Part shown: positions 54,901-64,000 of the stretch, piece after piece
Layout: each line of letters begins with the position of its first letter
Numbering within the stretch: the first letter of the stretch is position 1
Assembly: GCA_964247055.1 (NCBI GenBank)
Contig: OZ176051.1
Coordinates: forward strand, 310,001-374,000
Length of the DNA: 64,000 nt
From: Paragordius varius
Lineage: Eukaryota; Animalia; Nematomorpha
Reading direction: 5' to 3'
Notes under the pieces: model-generated
Told to the model about the DNA's origin: nothing
Database searches by the model: none
The model's input: the letters and a program-made list of their open reading frames with translations, nothing else
Position numbers and translations under genes: made by a program

Positions 54901-57900
54901 TATTTTTGGGTAGCCCTATGGTAGTTCCATCATCACCCCAAATATTTTGGGGATCGGAGTATAAATGTAATTTTTATGAATTTTTTAAATATTTAAAAAA
55001 TTTATTTTATACGATTTTAAAAATAAAAATGGCTACCTAAAATCCAAATTTGATCAGGTGATGTCACCATAATTTTTTTTGGGTAGCCCTATGGTAGTTC
55101 CATCATCACCCCAAATATTTTTGAGATCGGACTTTAAATGTAATTTTTATAAATTTTTTAATTATTTGAAAAATTTATTTTATAAGATTTTAAAAATAAA
55201 AATGGCTACCTAAAATCCAAATTTGATCAGGTGATGTCGCCATAATTTTTTTTGGGTAGCCCTATGGTAGTTCCATCATCACCCCAAATACTTTGGGGAT
55301 CGGACTATAAATGTAATTTTTATGAATTTTTTAAATATTTAAAAAATTTATTTTATACGATTTTAAAAATAAAAATGGCTACCTAAAATCCAAATTTGAT
55401 CAGGTGATGTCACCATAATTTTTTTTGGGTAGCCCTATGGTAGTTCCATCATCACCCCAAATATTTTCGAGATCGGAGTATAAATGTAATTTTTATGAAT
55501 TTTTTAAATATTTAAAAAATTTATTTTATACGATTTTAAAAATAAAAATGGCTACCTAAAATCCAAATTTGATCAGGTGATGTCACCATAATTTTTTTTG
55601 GGTAGCCCTATGGTAGTTCCATCATCACCCCAAATATTTTCGAGATCGGAGTATAAATGTAATTTTTATGAATTTTTTAAATATTTAAAAAATTTATTTT
55701 ATACGATTTTAAAAATAAAAATGGCTACCTAAAATCCAAATTTGATCAGGTGATGTCGCCATAATTTTTTTTGGGTAGCCCTATGGTAGTTCCATCATAA
55801 CCCCAAATATTTTTGAGATCGGACTTTAAATGTAGTTTTTATGAATTTTATAAATATTTAAAAAATTTATTTTATACGATTTTAAAAATAAAAATGGCTA
55901 CCTAAAATCCAAATTTGATCAGGTGATGTCGCCATAATTTTTTTTGGGTAGCCCTATGGTAGTTCCATCATCACCCCAAATATTTTTGAGATCGGACTTT
56001 AAATGAATGAATTTTTTAAATATTTAAAAAATTTATTTTATACGATTTTAAAAATAAAAATGGCTACTTAAAATCCAAATTTGATCAGGTGATGTCGCCA
56101 TAATTTTTTTTGGGTAGCCCTATAGTAGTTCCATCATCACCCCAAATATTTTTGAGATCGGAGTATAAATGTAATTTTTATGAATTTTTTAAATATTTAA
56201 AAAATTTATTTTATACGATTTTAAAAATAAAAATGGCTACCTAAAATCCAAATTTGATCAGGTGATGTCGCCATAATTTTTTTTGGGTAGCCCTATGGTA
56301 GTTCCATCATAACCCCAAATATTTTTGAGATCGGACTTTAAATGTAATTTTTATGAATTTTATAAATATTTAAAAAATTTATTTTATACGATTTTAAAAA
56401 TAAAAATGGCTACCTAAAATCCAAATTTGATCAGGTGATGTCGCCATATTTTTTTTTGGGTAGCCCTATGGTAGTTCCATCATCACCCCAAATATTTTCG
56501 AGATCGGAGTATAAATCTAATTTTTATGAATTTTTTAAATATTTAAAAAATTTATTTTATACGATTTTAAAAATAAAAATGGCTACCTAAAATCCAAATT
56601 TGATCAGGTGATGTCGCCATAATTTTTTTTGGGTAGCCCTATGGTAGTTCCATCATAACCCCAAATATTTTTGAGATCGGACTTTAAATGTAATTTTTAT
56701 GAATTTTTTAAATATTTAAAAAATTTATTTTATACGATTTTAAAAATAAAAATGGCTACCTAAAATCCAAATTTAATCAGGTGATGTCGCCATAATTTTT
56801 TTTGGGTAGCCCTATGGTAGTTCCATCATCACCCCAAATATTTTTGAGATCGGACTTTAAATGAATGAATTTTTTAAATATTTAAAAAATTTATTTTATA
56901 CGATTTTAAAAATAAAAATGGCTACTTAAAATCCAAATTTGATCAGGTGATGTCGCCATAATTTTTTTTGGGTAGCCCTATGGTAGTTCCATCATAACCC
57001 CAAATATTTTTGAGATCGGACTTTAAATGTAATTTTTATGAATTTTATAAATATTTAAAAAATTTATTTTATACGATTTTAAAAATAAAAATGGCTACCT
57101 AAAATCCAAATTTGATCAGGTGATGTCGCCATATTTTTTTTTGGGTAGCCCTATGGTAGTTCCATCATCACCCCAAATATTTTGGGGATCGGAGTATAAA
57201 TGTAATTTTTATAAATTTAAATATTTAAAAAATTTATTTTATACGATTTTAAAAATAAAAATGGCTACCTAAAATCCAAATTTGATCAGGTGATGTCACC
57301 ATAATTTTTTTGGGTAGCCCTATGGTAGTTCCATCATCACCCCAAATATTTTCGAGATCGGAGTATAAATGTAATTTTTATGAATTTTTTAAATATTTAA
57401 AAAATTTATTTTATACGATTTTAAAAATAAAAATGGCTATCTAAAATCCAAATTTGATCAGGTGATGTCACTATAATTTTTTTGGGTAGCCCTATGGTAG
57501 TTCTATCATCACCCCAAATATTTTGGGGATCGGACTATAAATGTAATTTTTATGAATTTTTTAAATATTAATTTATTTTATACGATTTTAAAAATAAAAA
57601 TGGCTACCTAAAATCCAAATTTGATCAGGTGATGTCGCCATAATTTTTTTTGGGTAGCCCTATGGTAGTTCCATCATCACCCCAAATACTTTGGGGATCG
57701 GACTATAAATGTAATTTTTATGAATTTTTTAAATATTTAAAAAATTTATTTTATACGATTTTAAAAATAAAAATGGCTACCTAAAATCCAAATTTGATCA
57801 GGTGATGTCACCATAATTTTTTTGGGTAGCCCTATGGTAGTTCCATCATCACCCCAAATATTTTCGAGATCGGAGTATAAATGTAATTTTTATGAATTTT

Positions 57901-58399
57901 TTAAATATTTAAAAAATTTATTTTATACGATTTTAAAAATAAAAATGGCTACCTACAATCCAAATTTGATCAGGTGATGTCACCATAATTTTTTTTGGGT
58001 AGCCCTATGGTAGTTCCATCATCACCCCAAATATTTTCGAGATCGGAGTATAAATGTAATTTTTATGAATTTTTTAAATATTTAAAAAATTTATTTTATA
58101 CGATTTTAAAAATAAAAATGGCTACCTAAAATCCAAATTTGATCAGGTGATGTCGCCATAATTTTTTTTGGGTAGCCCTATGGTAGTTCCATCATAACCC
58201 CAAATATTTTTGAGATCGGACTTTAAATGTAATTTTTATGAATTTTTTAAATATTTAAAAAATTTATTTTATACGATTTTAAAAATAAAAATGGCTACCT
58301 AAAATCCAAATTTAATCAGGTGATGTCGCCATAATTTTTTTTGGGTAGCCCTATGGTAGTTCCATCATCACCCCAAATATTTTTGAGATCGGAGTATAA

Positions 58400-60200
58400 A
58401 TGTAATTTTTATGAATTTTTTAAATATTTAAAAAATTTATTTTATACGATTTTAAAAATAAAAATGGCTACCTAAAATCCAAATTTGATCAGGTGATGTC
58501 ACCATGATTTTTTTTGGGTAGCCCTATGGTAGTTCCATCATCACCCCAAATATTGTGGAGATCGGAGTATAAATGTAATTTTTATGAATTTTTTAAATAT
58601 TTAAAAAATTTATTTAATACGATTTTAAAAATAAAAATGGCTACCTAAAATCCAAATTTGATCTGGTGATGTCACCATAATTTTTTTTGGGTAGCCCTAT
58701 GGTAGTTCCATCATCACCCCAAATATTGTCGAGATCGGAGTATAAATGTAATTTTTATGAATTTTTTAAATATATAAAAAATTTATTTTATACGATTTTA
58801 AAAATAAAAATGGCTACCTAAAATCAAATTTGATCAGGTGATGTCGCCATAATTTTTTTTGGGTAGCCCTATGGTAGTTCCATCATCACCCCAAATATTT
58901 TTGAGATCGGAGTATAAATGTAATTTTTATGAATTTTTTAAATATTTAAAAAATTTATTTTATACGATTTTAAAAATAAAAATGGCTACCTAAAATCCAA
59001 ATTTGATCAGGTGATGTCACCATGATTTTTTTTGGGTAGCCCTATGGTAGTTCCATCATCACCCCAAATATTGTGGAGATCGGAGTATAAATGTAATTTT
59101 TATGAATTTTTTAAATATTTAAAAAATTTATTTAATACGATTTTAAAAATAAAAATGGCTACCTAAAATCCAAATTTGATCTGGTGATGTCACCATAATT
59201 TTTTTTGGGTAGCCCTATGGTAGTTCCATCATCACCCCAAATATTGTCGAGATCGGAGTATAAATGTAATTTTTATGAATTTTTTAAATATATAAAAAAT
59301 TTATTTTATACGATTTTAAAAATAAAAATGGCTACCTAAAATCAAATTTGATCAGGTGATGTCGCCATAATTTTTTTTGGGTAGCCCTATGGTAGTTCCA
59401 TCATAACCCCAAATATTCTTGAGATCGGACTTTAAATGAATGAAATTTTTAAATATTTAAAAAAATTTTTTTATACGATTTTAAAAATAAAAATGGCTAC
59501 CTAAAATCCAAATTTGATCAGGTGATGTCGCCATAATTTTTTGTGGGTAGCCCTATAGTAGTTCCATCATCACCCCAAATATTTTTGAGATCGGAGTATA
59601 AATGTAATTTTTATGAATTTTTTAAATATTTAAAAAATTTATTTTATACGATTTTAAAAATAAAAATGGCTACCTAAAATCCAAATTTGATCAGGTGATG
59701 TCACCATGATTTTTTTTGGGTAGCCCTATGGTAGTTCCATCATCACCCCAAATATTGTCGAGATCGGAGTATAAATGTAATTTTTATGAATTTTTTAAAT
59801 ATTTAAAAAATTTATTTTATACGATTTTAAAAATAAAAATGGCTACCTAAAATCAAATTTGATCAGGTGATGTCGCCATAATTTTTTTTGGGTAGCCCTA
59901 TGGTAGTTCCATCATAACCCCAAATATTCTTGAGATCGGACTTTAAATGAATGAAATTTTTAAATATTTAAATAATTTTTTTTATACGATTTTAAAAATA
60001 AAAATGGCTACCTAAAATCCAAATTTGATCAGGTGATGTCGCCATAATTTTTTGTGGGTAGCCCTATAGTAGTTCCATCATCACCCCAAATATTTTTGAG
60101 ATCGGAGTATAAATGTAATTTTTATGAATTTTTTAAATATTTAAAAAATTTATTTTATACGATTTTAAAAATAAAAATGGCTACCTAAAATCCAAATTTG
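58400..60200. repeat. Two adjacent 3-monomer tandem duplications (periods 518 and 511 bp)
   Basis: CATGATT at 58506/59024 (offset 518) and TATTCTTGAG at 59418/59929 (offset 511), each with linked private alleles. Boundaries are approximate. Confidence 0.82.
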
Positions 60201-63200
60201 ATCAGGTGATGTCGCCATAATTTTTTTGGGTAGCCCTATGGTAGTTCCATCATAACCCCAAATATTTTTGAGATCGGACTTTAAATGTAATTTTTATGAA
60301 TTTTATAAATATTTAAAAAATTTATTTTATACGATTTTAAAAATAAAAATGGCTACCTAAAATCCAAATTTGATCAGGTGATGTCGCCATATTTTTTTTT
60401 GGGTAGCCCTATGGTAATTCCATCATCACCCCAAATATTTTGGGGATCGGACTATAAATGTAATTTTTATGAATTTTTTAAATATTTTAAATATTTATTT
60501 TATACGATTTTAAAAATAAAAATGGCTACCTAAAATCCAAATTTGATCAGGTCATGTCACCATAATTTTTTTTGGGTAGCCCTATGGTAGTTCCATCATC
60601 ACCCCAAATATTTTCGAGATCGGAGTATAAATGTGATTTTTATGAATTTTTTAAATATTTAAAAAATTTATTTTATACGATTTTAAAAATAAAAATGGCT
60701 ACCTAAAATCCAAATTTGATCAGGTGATGTCACTATAATTTTTTTGGGTAGCCCTATGGTAGTTCCATCATCACCCCAAATATTTTTGGGATCGGACTAT
60801 AAATGTAATTTTTATGAATTTTTTAAATATTTAAAAAAATTATTTTATACGATTTTAAAAATAAAAATGGCTACCTAAAATCCAAATTTGATCAGATGAT
60901 GTCACCATAATTTTTTTTGGGTAGCCCTATGGTAGTTCCATCATCACCCCAAATATTTTCGAGATCGGAGTATAAATGTAATTTTTATGAATTTTTTAAA
61001 TATTTAAAAAATTTATTTTATACGATTTTAAAAATAAAAATGGCTACCTAAAATCCAAATTTGATCAGGTGATGTCACCATAATTTTTTTTGGGTAGCCC
61101 TATGGTAGTTCCATCATCACCCCAAATATTGTCGAGATCGGAGTATATATGTAATTTTTATGAATTTTTTAAATATTTAAAAAATTTATTTTATACGATT
61201 TTAAAAATAAAAATGGCTACCTAAAATCAAATTTGATCAGGTGATGTCGCCATAATTTTTTTTGGGTAGCCCTATGGTAGTTCCATCATAACCCCAAATA
61301 TTTTTGAGATCGGACTTTAAATGAATGAATTTTTTAAATATTTAAAAAATTTATTTTATTCGATTTTAAAAATAAAAATGGCTACCTAAAATCCAAATTT
61401 GATCAGGTGATGTCGCCATAATTTTTTGTGGGTAGCCCTATAGTAGTTCCATCACCCCAAATATTTTTGAGATCGGAGTATAAATGTAATTTTTATGAAT
61501 TTTTTAAATATTTAAAAAATTTATTTTATACGATTTTAAAAATAAAAATGGCTACCTAAAATCCAAATTTGATCAGGTGATGTCGCCATATTTTTTTTGG
61601 GTAGCCCTATGGTAATTCCATCATCACCCCAAATATTTTGGGGATCGGACTATAAATGTAATTTTTATGAATTTTTTAAATATTTTAAATATTTATTTTA
61701 TACGATTTTAAAAATAAAAATGGCTACCTAAAATCCAAATTTGATCAGGTGATGTCACCATAATTTTTTTTGGGTAGCCCTATGGTAGTTCCATCATCAC
61801 CCCAAATATTTTGGGGATCGGACTATAAATGTAATTTTTATGAATTTTTTAAATATTTAAAAAATTTATTTTATACGATTTTAAAAATAAAAATGTCTAC
61901 CTACAATCCAAATTTGATCAGATGATGTCGCCATAATTTTTTTTGGGTAGCCCTATGGTAGTTCCATCATCACCCCAAATATTTTGGGGATAACTATAAA
62001 TGTAATTTTTATGAATTTTTTAAATATTTAAAAAATTTATTTTATACGATTTTAAAAATAAAAATGGCTACCTAAAATCCAAATTTGATCAGGTGATGTC
62101 GCCATAATTTTTTTTGGGTAGCCCTATGGTAGTTCCATCATAACCCCAAATATTTTTGAGATCGGACTTTAAATGTAATTTTTATGAATTTTATAAATAT
62201 TTAAAAAATTTATTTTATACGATTTTAAAAATAAAAATGGCTACCTAAAATCCAAATTTGATCAGGTGATGTCGCCATATTTTTTTGGGTAGCCCTATGG
62301 TAGTTCCATCATCACCCCAAATATTTTGGGGATCGGATTAAAAATGTAATTTTTATGAATTTTTTAAATATTTAAAAAATTTATTTTATACGATTTTAAA
62401 AATAAAAATGGCTACCTAAAATCCAAATTTGATCAGGTGATGTCACCATAATTTTTTTTGGGTAGCCCTATGGTAGTTCCATCATCACCCCAAATATTTT
62501 CGAGATCGGAGTATAAATGTAATTTTTATGAATTTTTTAAATATTTAAAAAATTTATTTTATAAAATTTTAAAAATAAAAATGGCTACCTAAAATCCAAA
62601 TTTGATCAGGTGATGTCACCATAATTTATTTGGGTAGCCCTATGGTAGTTCCATCATCACCCCAAATATTTTGGGGATAACTATAAATGTAATTTTTATA
62701 AATTTTTTAAATATTTAAAAAATTTATTTTATACGATTTTAAAAATAAAAATGGCTACCTAAAATCCAAATTTGATCAGGTGATGTCGCCATAATTTTTT
62801 TTGGGTAGCCCTATAGTAGTTCAATCATCACCCCAAATATTTTTGAGATCGGAGTATAAATGTAATTTTTATGAATTTTTTAAATATTTAAAAAATTTAT
62901 TTTATACGATTTTAAAAATAAAAATGGCTACCTAAAATCCAAATTTGATCAGGTGATGTCACTATAATTTTTTTGGGTAGCCCTATGGTAGTTCCATCAT
63001 CACCCCAAATATTTTGGGGATCGGACTATAAATGTAATTTTTATAAATTTTTTAAATATTTAAAAAATTTATTTTATACGATTTTAAAAATAAAAATGGC
63101 TACCTAAAATCCAAATTTGATCAGGTTACCATAATTTTTTTTGGGTAGCCCTATGGTAGTTCCATCATCACCCCAAATATTGTCGAGATCGGAGTATAAA

Positions 63201-64000
63201 TGTAATTTTTTTGAATTTTTTAAATATTTAAAAAATTTATTTTATACGATTTTAAAAATAAAAATGGCTACCTAAAGTCCAAATTTGATCAGGTGATGTC
63301 GCCATAATTTTTTTTGGGTAACCCTATGGTGGTTCCATCATCACCCCAAATATTTTTGAGATCGGACTTTAAATGAATGAATTTTTTAAATATTTAAAAA
63401 ATTTATTTTATACGATTTTAAAAATAAAAATGGCTACCTAAAATCCAAATTTGATCAGGTGATGTCGCCATATTTTTTTTTGGGTAGCCCTATAGTAGTT
63501 CCATCATCACCCCAAATATTTTTGAGATCGGAGTATAAATGTAATTTTTATGATTTTTTTAAATATTTAAAAAATTTATTTTATAAAATTTTAAAAATAA
63601 AAATGGCTACCTAAAATCCAAATTTGATCAGGTGATGTCACCATAATTTATTTGGGTAGCCCTATGGTAGTTCCATCATCACCCCAAATATTTTTGAGAT
63701 CGGAGTATAAATGTAATTTTTATGAATTTTTTAAATATTTAAAAAATTTATTTTATACGATTTTAAAAATAAAAATGGCTACCTAAAATCCAAATTTGAT
63801 CAAGTGATGTCACCATAATTTATTTGGGTAGCCCTATGGTAGTTCCATCATCACCCCAATTATTTTGGGGATAACTATAAATGTAATTTTTATGAATTTT
63901 TTAAATATTTAAAAAATTTATTTTATACGATTTTAAAAATAAAAATGGCTACCTAAAATCCAAATTTGATCAGGTGATGTCGCCATAATTTTTTTTGGGT

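Larger units (their letters stand above)
1..64000. repeat. Tandem satellite DNA array, 173-bp monomer, about 370 head-to-tail copies in one orientation, running off both window ends
   Basis: The G of TTATACG recurs at 7, 180 and 353 (period 173). The same monomer continues without interruption to 64000. The consensus has 45 G+C in 173 nt (26%). Monomers differ only by scattered SNPs and 1-20 bp indels. Confidence 0.99.

Noticed and set aside
1-64000. CRISPR array
   Set aside because: There are no unique spacers; the entire 173-bp unit repeats. No cas genes or leader are present.
1-64000. Assignment to a named insect satellite of similar length (e.g. Drosophila 172-173 bp families)
   Set aside because: Only length and AT-richness are similar. 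I cannot confirm sequence identity without a database search.

Overview
The whole 64-kb window is one uninterrupted, single-orientation tandem satellite array of about 370 copies of a 173-bp monomer (about 26% GC). Consensus from position 1: TTATACGATTTTAAAAATAAAAATGGCTACCTAAAATCCAAATTTGATCAGGTGATGTC(G/A)CCATAATTTTTTTTGGGTAGCCCTATGGTAGTTCCATCATCACCCCAAATATTT(TTGA/TCGA/TGGG)GATCGGA(G/C)T(A/T)TAAATGTAATTTTTATGAATTTTTTAAATATTTAAAAAATTTATT. I found no genes, RNA genes, transposons, CRISPR spacers or unique sequence. It looks like eukaryotic heterochromatic or (peri)centromeric satellite DNA, but I cannot name the family or organism. The information lies in the variant pattern. Diagnostic SNPs and indels, whose offsets I checked against monomer counts, show a nested higher-order repeat (HOR) architecture. 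Left of about 32.1 kb: a 51-mer HOR (26+18+7 sub-blocks), a 64-mer derivative, and 12-, 19-, 10- and 17-mer blocks. At 32089-32103: a sharp haplotype junction. To the right: 32-, 6-, 12-, 10- and 3-mer periods and a nearly homogeneous monomer tract. Each monomer carries a perfect 24-bp AT palindrome and two interleaved inverted repeats. I found no evidence of a novel gene-encoded system.
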